Shown one piece after another: positions 7,888 through 16,699 of a stretch of 18,897 nt of DNA. Each line of letters begins with the position of its first letter. Position 1 is the first letter of the stretch. The stretch lies in NCBI GenBank assembly GCA_019058365.1, contig JAHPZE010000045.1:5102-23998 (forward strand), given 5' to 3'. The notes under the pieces are model-generated. The model did not search any database and was not told the origin of the DNA. It was given only the letters and a program-made list of their open reading frames with translations. This DNA comes from Promethearchaeota archaeon (GTDB lineage Archaea; Asgardarchaeota; Lokiarchaeia; Sigyniarchaeales; SOKP01). Both the position numbers and the translations under genes were made by a program.

Positions 7888-8226
7888 ATGGAAAAAATAA
7901 TTGCTTATTGCGGAATTAACTGTTCAGATTGCCCAGCGTATTTAGCTACTCAAAAGGGTGATTTTAAGGAAATTAAAAAGATTGCGAAAGAATGGTCAAG
8001 TGAATCAATGTCCTTTAAACCTGAAGAGATTTATTGTGATGGGTGTTTTTCAAATGGAAGACTTTTTAGTTGGTGTAGCAAATGTCCTATAAGAAGTTGT
8101 TGCCAAGAGAAAGGATTCGAAAATTGTGCCTATTGCGAAGATTATTTCTGTAATAACTTAAAGATGACTTTTGATAAAACTCCTTCAGCTAAGGGAAGAT
8201 TAGATGAAATTAGAAAAAAGATATAA
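7888..8226 (+). CDS. DUF3795-family Cys-rich metal/Fe-S-binding protein
   Basis: IAYCGINCSDCPAY, CDGC, CSKCPIRSCC, NCAYCEDYFC (12 Cys); SD-like AAGGT upstream. Confidence 0.85.
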   Translation: MEKIIAYCGINCSDCPAYLATQKGDFKEIKKIAKEWSSESMSFKPEEIYCDGCFSNGRLFSWCSKCPIRSCCQEKGFENCAYCEDYFCNNLKMTFDKTPSAKGRLDEIRKKI

Positions 8227-8260
8227 CTTAAAGGTTAAATTAGATTAAGAGGTATGAAAT

Positions 8261-8731
8261 TTGGAAATTAAAGAAGTAAAAAAATTAAGTCTAGAATTAA
8301 TGGAAACCTCGAAAGCAGCATATCTAACAACTATTGATTCTGATGGATATCCAATAACAAGAGCAATGTTTAATCTAAGAAATATGGAACAATTTCCAGA
8401 ATTTTCTGAGTTTTTCGCTGGGTTAGATAATAAATTCGATATATATATTTCAACTAATACATCCTCATCCAAAACTGAGCATATTAAGAAAAATCCTAAA
8501 GTTTGTGTATATTTTTGCGATCCTGAAGACTTTAAAGGAGTCATGTTTGGAGGTGAAGTTGAGGTTATTGATGATATGGAAGTAAAGCGAAAAGTTTGGT
8601 TAGATTGGTGGACAAGATATTATCTAAAAGGATTGGATGATCCGGATTATACTTTACTCAGATTATCTCCCAAAAATGCAAAGTTTTATTATAGGTTAAA
8701 TCAAGTCCAATTTACACCAAGTGAAAAATAA
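8261..8731 (+). CDS. Pyridoxamine 5'-phosphate oxidase-like (general stress protein 26-type) FMN-binding split-barrel protein
   Basis: AYLTTIDSDGYPITRAM, STNTSSSKTEHIKKNPKVCVYF, GLDDPDYTLLR; TTG start 7 nt after GAGGT. Confidence 0.88.
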   Translation: MEIKEVKKLSLELMETSKAAYLTTIDSDGYPITRAMFNLRNMEQFPEFSEFFAGLDNKFDIYISTNTSSSKTEHIKKNPKVCVYFCDPEDFKGVMFGGEVEVIDDMEVKRKVWLDWWTRYYLKGLDDPDYTLLRLSPKNAKFYYRLNQVQFTPSEK

Positions 8732-9184
8732 ATGGAAAACTTAAGAGAAGGAGGATTTTTGATTGCAAAGATCCGCAAATTATCGGAACGGATATTTGCT
8801 AAAATACTTCAAGATTTTAATATTTATGAAATAACTGCTGCTCAAGGTAGAGTCATGTTTCCACTTTGGCAAAAAGATAACATCTCCTTCCAAGATCTTA
8901 AAAAAAAAACCTCGTTAAGTAAAGCAACACTATCTTACATGTTGGATAATCTTGAAAAAGCAGGGCATGTAAAACGTTTAAATGATGTTAATGATAAACG
9001 TACTATTAATATAAAGTTAACAATAAAGAATAAATCTCTACAGGATAAATTTCTTCAAGTATCTAATGAAATGAGAGATATATATTATAAAGATTTTACT
9101 GAAGTCGAGATAGATAAGTTTGAAGGCTATTTAAGGCGAATTCTAGCTAATCTTTTGCAATATAGTGAAAAAAGCAAGAAATAA
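8732..9184 (+). CDS. MarR-family transcriptional regulator
   Basis: ITAAQGRVMFPLWQKDNIS...LSKATLSYMLDNLEKAGHVKR...DKRTINIKLT; start immediately follows the previous stop. Confidence 0.92.
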   Translation: MENLREGGFLIAKIRKLSERIFAKILQDFNIYEITAAQGRVMFPLWQKDNISFQDLKKKTSLSKATLSYMLDNLEKAGHVKRLNDVNDKRTINIKLTIKNKSLQDKFLQVSNEMRDIYYKDFTEVEIDKFEGYLRRILANLLQYSEKSKK

Positions 9185-9245
9185 AAATTTAAAAAAAGTA
9201 ATTCTTTTTTATTATATTTATATTTTTCTCCAAAAAAGAATTATT

Positions 9246-10136
9246 TTAACGATCTTTAATTTTAGAGCTACGTGGTATATGGACTTTTAATTTAGGAATA
9301 TATATTTTTGGAATTTGTATTTTTGGCATTTTTATTTTAAATGCATCATTTTCATTATCAATAGATTTTTGAAGTTCATCAATTTCAATAGTGGCTATAT
9401 TTTTCTCTTCTATTTCTATACTATTAGATTTTTCTTGGAGATTTAAATTACTAACTTGAATTTCATCAACATTTTCATTCGATACCTTATTATTATTTAC
9501 CTCGAAAAATTTAGAAAGTCGTTGACTCTTTTCAATTAATAATCCTTTATAAATTTTAAAATGATTTTCTTCAATTAATAAATCTCTAAAATCCTCTTTT
9601 GTAAAAATCCAACCAGTTTGAGTATCATATAGCATTCCTGTGATTTCTACGTCTGGAAAAAAAGCTTTAAGTTCTTGTAAATCATTCATCTGTTTTATAA
9701 TATTACGTATTTCATTATCAAAAGGTTTAAAGAAATTAGATAATTTTGAAAGAAGATCTGAATAATTTATCGATAAACGTTTAAGAAATTCATTAGGTAG
9801 TTTTTTTCTTAACTCCATTATATTTATTTTCGTCATGCCACAATCTAGATGTCCTAAAACAATGATATATTTAATTTTATATTTATATATAGCAATTAAA
9901 ATAGATCTCATCATATCTTGGGTGTATGCATTTCCAGCATTTCTTAAAATGAATATATCTCCAGGATTAAATTGGAATATTTGATGGACATCTATTCTTG
10001 GGTCCATACAAGTAAGAAATAGTATAGGATATTTGGGAATTTTTTGCTCAAATGAAAAACTTTCCGGATTCTGGATTATTTTGCCTTGAAACTGGAAATT
10101 TCCTTCTATTAACAATTTTTCGATATCTTTTAACAT
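9246..10136 (-). CDS. Beta-class carbonic anhydrase (Cab/clade D-like) with C-terminal extension
   Basis: Zn-ligand motifs LTCMDPR and LGHLDCG, plus LRNAGN and GMLYDTQTG; extra acidic linker and basic PK-repeat tail. Confidence 0.9.
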   Translation of the reverse strand: MLKDIEKLLIEGNFQFQGKIIQNPESFSFEQKIPKYPILFLTCMDPRIDVHQIFQFNPGDIFILRNAGNAYTQDMMRSILIAIYKYKIKYIIVLGHLDCGMTKINIMELRKKLPNEFLKRLSINYSDLLSKLSNFFKPFDNEIRNIIKQMNDLQELKAFFPDVEITGMLYDTQTGWIFTKEDFRDLLIEENHFKIYKGLLIEKSQRLSKFFEVNNNKVSNENVDEIQVSNLNLQEKSNSIEIEEKNIATIEIDELQKSIDNENDAFKIKMPKIQIPKIYIPKLKVHIPRSSKIKDR

Positions 10137-10220
10137 TTTAAAACACCCAATTTATATCTTCAATTAGAGCAAGCATATATTTGATTTGTAACTTTAATAT
10201 AATATTAAAAAAAAATGAAA

Positions 10221-11390
10221 TTATTTCTTAGCTAAAATTTCTTTGATTTTTTGAGCTCCTCCATTATTAAAGAATTCCTTGATTTTATCCGAATACTCTG
10301 GCAAAAGCTGTAAGAATGGCAAAATTGCTCTTGAAAGTGAACTGAATGTTTCATTTCCATCTCCCATAATAAACATCTTATCCGGACTTAAGTTTTTAAA
10401 AATTTCCGGTAAAATGTTGGTTAATTGAACGGCTAAGAATCTCTCATCCGCAGTACTCATTGCTTCAACTTGTTTCTTAAAACCTTCAGCTTGAGCAAGC
10501 ATTTGTTGTTTGATATTCTCCGCTTCACCTTCTGCCTGAGCAATTAATTTCCGTTTTATTTGTTGAGCATCAGCATCAACTTCAATAATTTTTTTCTGTC
10601 TATCACCATCCGCTTCAATTTTCTTACGTTCTCTCTCTTGTTCTGCTATAGCAATTTCTTTACTCTTCCTTTGCAATTCAATTTCTTTTTCAACTTGTTG
10701 ATTCTGAATCCCAACTTCATTTTGAACATCCAATTCTCTTAATCTGGATTCCCTTTCAGCATCAGCTATAGCCATCCTAGCTTTTCTCGCTTCAACTGCT
10801 TTTTTTACTGCTTCCATATTCTTCTTTAATTCAGGTTCTAGAATATTTACCTCTCGTATTTCAATTGATTCGATTACAACTCCCCAATCCGCTGTTAATT
10901 CGTGAATTTCTTTGCTTACAATAGTTATTATTTCTCGTCGTTCTCGAATAATTTTTTCAATTGGCATATTAGCACAGGTAGTACGGATAATTGCTTCTGC
11001 AGCATTTTTAAGAATCTTTTCTACATAATTCTCATCTTTAGGAACCCATGAGACGGCGCTAAACGCTTTTTCAGGATCAATAACTTTCCAAATCAGCATT
11101 CCTACAATTGAAATGTTTTGATATTCCATTGAAACGACTTGTTCGTGAGCTTCTAATGTTGTTTGAATACTTGTAGTAGGGATCACAAGATATTCATCAA
11201 TTAAAGGTAATAACCATATACTTCCTCCTAATCCAGCCGCTTTTACCTTACCATTACGCAAATGTATAACAAACTGGTTTGTTTTGAATTTTCTATATCT
11301 TGTTGCCATGAAAATTAAAAATAAGAATGCTACAATTATTATAGCAACAACTAACCCAGTAATCCAACCAGTTACTTCTTGAAACAACAT
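10221..11390 (-). CDS. SPFH/band-7 flotillin-like membrane protein
   Basis: N-terminal TM, SPFH core (AEAIIRTTCANMPIEKIIRER, WGVVIESIEIREV), Ala/Glu-rich coiled coil (AQAEGEAE); AGGAGGT upstream. Confidence 0.92.
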   Translation of the reverse strand: MLFQEVTGWITGLVVAIIIVAFLFLIFMATRYRKFKTNQFVIHLRNGKVKAAGLGGSIWLLPLIDEYLVIPTTSIQTTLEAHEQVVSMEYQNISIVGMLIWKVIDPEKAFSAVSWVPKDENYVEKILKNAAEAIIRTTCANMPIEKIIRERREIITIVSKEIHELTADWGVVIESIEIREVNILEPELKKNMEAVKKAVEARKARMAIADAERESRLRELDVQNEVGIQNQQVEKEIELQRKSKEIAIAEQERERKKIEADGDRQKKIIEVDADAQQIKRKLIAQAEGEAENIKQQMLAQAEGFKKQVEAMSTADERFLAVQLTNILPEIFKNLSPDKMFIMGDGNETFSSLSRAILPFLQLLPEYSDKIKEFFNNGGAQKIKEILAKK

Positions 11391-11490
11391 CTCCTTATTT
11401 TTTACCTCCTAATTTTTAATTTAAATATATTTTTAATTTTTTTTTTTGAAAATTTTCGATTATGATTAATATTTTTATTTAACATCATTT

Positions 11491-12399
11491 TTACCTCATT
11501 CTATATTGAATTGAGCTTACTTTATTATCAACTAATAAAAAACCATCTTTTATATCGCATATATATACTTCTTCTCCCTTCTTAAAGGACGAATCGGATT
11601 TTACTGGTTTTACATGAATCTTTTCAAATTTCATTGGGTTATCAGAGTGAATTTTGATTACTCCACCTCTCCAATCTACATCTAAAACAATGACTCCTTT
11701 TTGGCCAATTAAATTTTGAGTAGATGAAATATTGTAGAATCTAGACTTTGCTATTTTTTTCCAGGTAATAGAAATGACTTTGTTAAATAGATACGTAACT
11801 GCTAATGTTGAGAAAAATATAAGAAACTTCACTTCAATAGCGAAAAGATAATAGAATAATACTCCAGCTATCCCGAAAAATAATAAAGATGTAGAAAACA
11901 ATAACATAAAAGGAGCAGGGGTTGTATCATCAAAATGATCTATATGATCTACTTGGTCAGCATGATCTATCTGGTCAACATGATCGAAATGCCCTAGATC
12001 TATGTGATCTATATGGTCAGCATGATCCATATGGTCAACATGATCAAAATGCCCTAGATCTGTGTGATCTATATGGTCAACATGATCGAAATGCCCTAGA
12101 TCTGTGTGATCTATATGGTCTACATGATCTATATGCCCTAGATCTATATGATCTATGTGATCAATATTTTGAAGATCATGAGTTGATATTTCAGCAAGAA
12201 TAGTTGAAAGAATTGACATTATGATTCCACCAATAAACAAGCCTAAACAAACGCTAAATAAAATATCATAGAAATAATTATGAGAGAAACTTAGTAATGT
12301 AAATACAAAACCAAAAACGATAATTGAAAATAGAGCTATATTACTCTTTCTTTTCCAATGAATATTAGATAATTTAGTTATCACTCTTGTTCTCACCAT
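11491..12399 (-). CDS. NfeD/YqiJ/YuaF-like membrane protein with long Asp-His repeat loop and C-terminal OB fold
   Basis: Four TM segments; C-terminal LIGQKGVIV...GGVIKI...KGEEVYICDIKDGFLLV typical of the NfeD OB domain; directly upstream of the flotillin gene. Confidence 0.85.
   Translation of the reverse strand: MVRTRVITKLSNIHWKRKSNIALFSIIVFGFVFTLLSFSHNYFYDILFSVCLGLFIGGIIMSILSTILAEISTHDLQNIDHIDHIDLGHIDHVDHIDHTDLGHFDHVDHIDHTDLGHFDHVDHMDHADHIDHIDLGHFDHVDQIDHADQVDHIDHFDDTTPAPFMLLFSTSLLFFGIAGVLFYYLFAIEVKFLIFFSTLAVTYLFNKVISITWKKIAKSRFYNISSTQNLIGQKGVIVLDVDWRGGVIKIHSDNPMKFEKIHVKPVKSDSSFKKGEEVYICDIKDGFLLVDNKVSSIQYRMR
11928..12181 (-). repeat. Intragenic tandem repeat (9-nt unit with 42/60-nt higher-order unit) encoding (D-H-x)n
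   Basis: GCCCTAGATC recurs at 11991, 12051, 12093 and 12135 (spacings 60, 42, 42); peptide DHIDHIDLGHIDHVDHIDHTDLGHFDHV... Confidence 0.95.
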
Positions 12400-12435
12400 A
12401 AGATTAAATCTATTAAATTTTTAAAAATTAAAAAA

Positions 12436-12912
12436 TTATAATTTTGTTCCGCATTGATGACAAAATCTTGCATCTCTATCGATTTTTGATCCGCAATATC
12501 TACAATAAAATATATCCAAATTGATTGGGATATCCTGTTTAACTTCTTCATAAATAGGTTCTTCAGTTTGTTTCTGAATTGAGTTTCGAATTTTATAAGG
12601 ATTATATTGTTGAGATGGCTCCTGAGGTTGATATTGATATGATTTTATGTGTTCTTCATTAGCTCTCTTAGAAGGCGTACTCATCGATGATGCAATAACC
12701 CCTATAATTACTATAAAGATTAAAAATCCTCCTAAACCACTAACTATCGGCCAAATAGGTATTATCGTGAATCCATTAGACCGATTAAAAAATATGAAAA
12801 ATAATAGCCCAAATACTAAGAGAAATATGATCCCTGCTATTATTGCTCCACTTGCTCTACCTCGATAATATCTATTACGCCTACTCGCAACAATAAATGG
12901 AACCCATGCCAA
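12436..12912 (-). CDS. Two-TM membrane protein with C-terminal zinc ribbon
   Basis: Two hydrophobic segments, Q/P/Y/E-rich linker, CRYCGSKIDRDARFCHQCGTKL; TTG start uncertain. Confidence 0.85.
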   Translation of the reverse strand: MAWVPFIVASRRNRYYRGRASGAIIAGIIFLLVFGLLFFIFFNRSNGFTIIPIWPIVSGLGGFLIFIVIIGVIASSMSTPSKRANEEHIKSYQYQPQEPSQQYNPYKIRNSIQKQTEEPIYEEVKQDIPINLDIFYCRYCGSKIDRDARFCHQCGTKL

Positions 12913-13183
12913 TTTTCTTTATAACTCCTTTTTATATTTTTTTATATTTTCTTTTTATTTTTTTTATTCTTTAATATATCCATATATATCGATATATTTA
13001 AATGTTATGACATTATAAAAACTTCATAGAAAAAGCGAGAAACCATTAAATTTAAATATTAAGACATATATATAAATATATACATAATTAGAAAATTACA
13101 AATAATTAAGTATTCGATCTGTATATAATTCTATATATAAACTAAAATTGTTTTAAAAGCTAAGAATTAAGGAGTTGGTTTAG

Positions 13184-13927
13184 ATGTCTAAAAATAACAA
13201 TAACGTAAATGACTCAGAAAATGATGAATTTAAAGAACCAGAACTTAAGGACAAAGCTATATATCTAAAAGTTAGTGATGAAACAAGAAATCTAATTGAT
13301 AACTATAAAGAAAAAGGAACAACAATTTCAGATTTAGTAAGAAATGCTGTTAAATGCTATGACGATTTTAATTCAATCTCTCCTGAAATACATGGGATTA
13401 TTGAAAAATATAAAGATGTTGATGAATCAGAATTTTCTTTCATAGAGAAAGCTCTTAAATACTATGGAGATCAAAAAAATCTTGATAGAGACTTATGGGT
13501 TCGTGCGAGAGACGAAATGAAAATGATGCTCATAGGAAAGACAACCTTTAATCAATTGATCGCCGCCGCAGAAGCTCCAGAACATAGTTTAGAAAAACCT
13601 TGGCGAAAAAATGTTGCTATTGATTTAATTTTATGGTATAATGACTCTAAACCATTAAAAAGTCTCTCATTCGAAGAAATAATTTATACAATCCAAAAAG
13701 TCTGGGTTGTAACAAATTACTTCCATACAATTGATGTACAAAAAGAAAGTGAAGACCAATTTCATTTACTCTTCCGGCATAGACAAAATAAACGATATGG
13801 CATCTATTGGCTTGGGTATTTTACAGAATTATTTAGCTCTGAAGAAATGCCATTTAAATGTGAAGTAGAAGGCCAAGCTTTCGATGAATCGGTCTCTATG
13901 ACATTAAAAATAGGGTATAAAAAATAA
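13184..13927 (+). CDS. Ribbon-helix-helix (CopG/Arc-like) regulator with C-terminal putative ligand-binding (V4R/HNOX-like) domain
   Basis: AIYLKVSDETRNLIDNYKEKGTTISDLVRNAVKCY fits the RHH pattern; C-terminal alpha/beta domain (fold is a guess); AAGGAG upstream. Confidence 0.65.
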   Translation: MSKNNNNVNDSENDEFKEPELKDKAIYLKVSDETRNLIDNYKEKGTTISDLVRNAVKCYDDFNSISPEIHGIIEKYKDVDESEFSFIEKALKYYGDQKNLDRDLWVRARDEMKMMLIGKTTFNQLIAAAEAPEHSLEKPWRKNVAIDLILWYNDSKPLKSLSFEEIIYTIQKVWVVTNYFHTIDVQKESEDQFHLLFRHRQNKRYGIYWLGYFTELFSSEEMPFKCEVEGQAFDESVSMTLKIGYKK

Positions 13928-13989
13928 AAATTACATTCTAAAGAATTATTCATATTTTTCTTCTAATCTGGAGTAAAATTCATGGTTAG

Positions 13990-16509
13990 TTATGACTGTT
14001 TTTCTAATTCATCAATCTCAGCTAATAGTTTCAATTTTTTCTCTTTCCATTCTTCTCTCATTTTAATATCACAGAAACAAGTGTTTATTGCCCTTTCTCC
14101 CTTTTGTAGACTATCCCTAGCTAAATCAAACCTGCCTATTTCTTTATAACATCTTGCTAGCTGAAAATAAGTATTATATGTGAACCATCCCAATGGATCC
14201 AATTCTAAGGCTTTTAATAGTACTTTAATAGCTTCTTCATATTCTCCAAATTCAGTTAAAACCTCCCCATAGGAGTCGTGAAAATTACCATCATCGGGAT
14301 CATGTTTAATTAATCGCTTTCCCGCTTCTATTGCTTCTTCCTTTTCACCACGATATAAATGCCAATATACTTTGTGATTTAACAACTCAAAATTTTCTGG
14401 ATTTTGCTTCCATAGCTCATTAGTTATTTCTAAACCCTTGTCATAATCGTTCTTTTTCTTATAAAGATAAGCTTTATGCGTCATGAGTTTTGTTTTCTGG
14501 TCTGGAAATAGTTTTATCCCTTCATCTACGAGCTCTAATGCTTCATCAATCTTTTCAAAATCATATAAAATACTATATTTCATGTAGTGTAGTGAGAGAT
14601 CTTTTGGATTAAGTTCAATAGCAGTGTCAATTGCCTCAAGAGCATCTTCAAACTTTTTTGATTGTTTTAAAACAAGACTCTTAAAATGATAGTATTTCCC
14701 TTTATTAGAGTTATTATCCTCTAATAAAATTGCTTGATCAATATCATCTAAAATTTGGTCTATTCTAATCTTCTCTATATCTATTTGGTAAATAAATTTA
14801 TACCCCAAAACTAAAGCTTTCGTTATAAAAGATATGGGATGATCAGGATAATTTACATTTAATTTATTACTGATTTTTAGAGCTTTATCAAATTCCGCCA
14901 ATGTTAAATGACAATAAACCAGTATAAAATTATAAGGAATAAAAATTTCCTCATCTTTTTTATTCGGATAATTCTTGAGCATTTTTTTCAAAAATTGAAT
15001 AGCACTTTTATGTCTATTAGACACACTTAGTATAATTGCTTTTAAGAATAATAGGTCTAAATTATCTGGATCCAATCTAATAGAAGAATTTATCTTAGCT
15101 AAGGCTTTAGCAGAATCCTTTTTTTTCATTGAATCTTTGGCTTCTTCAAACATACTTTTGATTTCTGGGGAGGAAAAGAGAGGTAATACCATTAATATTG
15201 AATAATCTATATAATACTTAAATTCTGCTTGTTCCACTAAATCAAAGCGAGGATTATACGATTGGAATACTTCAGGAATATCTCTCCAAGCAACACCCTC
15301 TAATTTATCATGCGTATCTATTAATTTTCTTTCAGTTTCTATTCTATAAGCTAAATAGCTAATAAATTCTGGGAGAAACTCTTTTAAAGCATTTTTCAGC
15401 TCACTATTAAATAAATTATCACATATTTCTTCTAAAATCGCATCGACAGTAGAATTTAGACTCATTGAAGGAGTCTTACAAAGACTACTTTCATATAGTT
15501 TTCTTAAATATGTAAACTTTGTAATGTGATCTTCAATTATCGCACTTAGAACTTTTTCTATCTTCTCATTAGCCTGAAAATAATATAATTTGTCTTCATC
15601 AACTTTTAAACTAAAAAATTTAGTAGAATAAACATTCTTCTCTACAATCTGACGAATATTAAACTCCAATTCTAGTAAATTAATTTGGTATTCCTTAGAA
15701 AAATCTTTGGGTGAAATGTAAAATGGATATTGATTTGGATGGTTCATTGAGAGAAACAACAACACCTTATTAAAATTCTCCTCTGAATCTAATGAACCTC
15801 TTAAATTAGCATAGGGGTATTTCAATACGTTATTTAAAAATCGAAATTTGATGTCACCATCCTGTATCTCATATTTTTCGAAAAATGTAATAGTTTTTTT
15901 CGTTATTTCTGCGATTCTGTTGCTTTCTTCATTCAATATCGACTGTCTGTCTAAATCATATTCTTTTAACATTCTTGAATATTCCGATTTCCCCTTTTGA
16001 GTAATTCGATACTCTTTATTTTCTTTTCTAATTATCTCTCTCTTCTGAAGTTCATTGAGATTTTTTGATAAGCTAGATTGATTAATCTTAAGGGGTTCAT
16101 CAATAAAATCTGACCACTTGCAAAATGTATTGTTATACACCATCCAAGTAATCCAATGATCATAATTTCTCTCATTAGTTATTGCTTTTGGAGGATAATT
16201 TAATTTTCTTTCTCCTTCTTTAGATCTGGACAATTGATTATATCGTTCAGCACCTTTAGAAGTGATTTGATATACCCCTCTTTCTACTTTCTCAATATAT
16301 TCATCTAACATTAACGCCTTCAGGTAATAGGATAAGGTGGACTGGGGAATACTAATGGGCTCTTCTTTAAAATTAGACCATTCGACAACATCATTATTTT
16401 TTAGCATCCAAAGTATAATATGTTCTAAGTTTGGACGCTCAACCCCCATTTGTCTGAATATTTCTTCAGGTGGATAATTAATTTCTTGAGTTCGACTCAT
16501 AAAATTCAC
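13990..16509 (-). CDS. Tandem winged-helix + TPR-repeat protein (putative regulator)
   Basis: Two wHTH copies (QSTLSYYLKAL...YQITSKG; QSSLSKNLNEL...YRITQKG) and multiple TPR units (FEDALEAIDTAIELNPKD, YEEAIKVLLKALELDP). Start GTG 16509 or ATG 16500. Confidence 0.85.
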   Translation of the reverse strand: MNFMSRTQEINYPPEEIFRQMGVERPNLEHIILWMLKNNDVVEWSNFKEEPISIPQSTLSYYLKALMLDEYIEKVERGVYQITSKGAERYNQLSRSKEGERKLNYPPKAITNERNYDHWITWMVYNNTFCKWSDFIDEPLKINQSSLSKNLNELQKREIIRKENKEYRITQKGKSEYSRMLKEYDLDRQSILNEESNRIAEITKKTITFFEKYEIQDGDIKFRFLNNVLKYPYANLRGSLDSEENFNKVLLFLSMNHPNQYPFYISPKDFSKEYQINLLELEFNIRQIVEKNVYSTKFFSLKVDEDKLYYFQANEKIEKVLSAIIEDHITKFTYLRKLYESSLCKTPSMSLNSTVDAILEEICDNLFNSELKNALKEFLPEFISYLAYRIETERKLIDTHDKLEGVAWRDIPEVFQSYNPRFDLVEQAEFKYYIDYSILMVLPLFSSPEIKSMFEEAKDSMKKKDSAKALAKINSSIRLDPDNLDLLFLKAIILSVSNRHKSAIQFLKKMLKNYPNKKDEEIFIPYNFILVYCHLTLAEFDKALKISNKLNVNYPDHPISFITKALVLGYKFIYQIDIEKIRIDQILDDIDQAILLEDNNSNKGKYYHFKSLVLKQSKKFEDALEAIDTAIELNPKDLSLHYMKYSILYDFEKIDEALELVDEGIKLFPDQKTKLMTHKAYLYKKKNDYDKGLEITNELWKQNPENFELLNHKVYWHLYRGEKEEAIEAGKRLIKHDPDDGNFHDSYGEVLTEFGEYEEAIKVLLKALELDPLGWFTYNTYFQLARCYKEIGRFDLARDSLQKGERAINTCFCDIKMREEWKEKKLKLLAEIDELEKQS

Positions 16510-16699
16510 ACTAAAGTCCTTTAATTAATATATAGTAACAACTTTAATTTAAAAGTTTCGGGTTCAGTTTGTTATACGAACTATAGATGAACTCCAAACT
16601 ATAATCGAACTTTCAAGATTAAAACTATAAATTGAAGTACATACTTAAGAAGAGTAGTTAAAAAAAAATATTAGAATAATAAAACTGAGGTAAAAAAAT

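Noticed and set aside
11928-12181. Repeat array as CRISPR or as a GATC methylation cluster
   Set aside because: No unique spacers; the repeat is in frame within a CDS; GATC density follows from GAT-CAT (Asp-His) and GAT-CTA codons.
11922-12203. 93-aa plus-strand ORF with repeated LCDLYGQHD
   Set aside because: Antisense shadow of the Asp-His repeat; its openness and periodicity are explained by the repeat.
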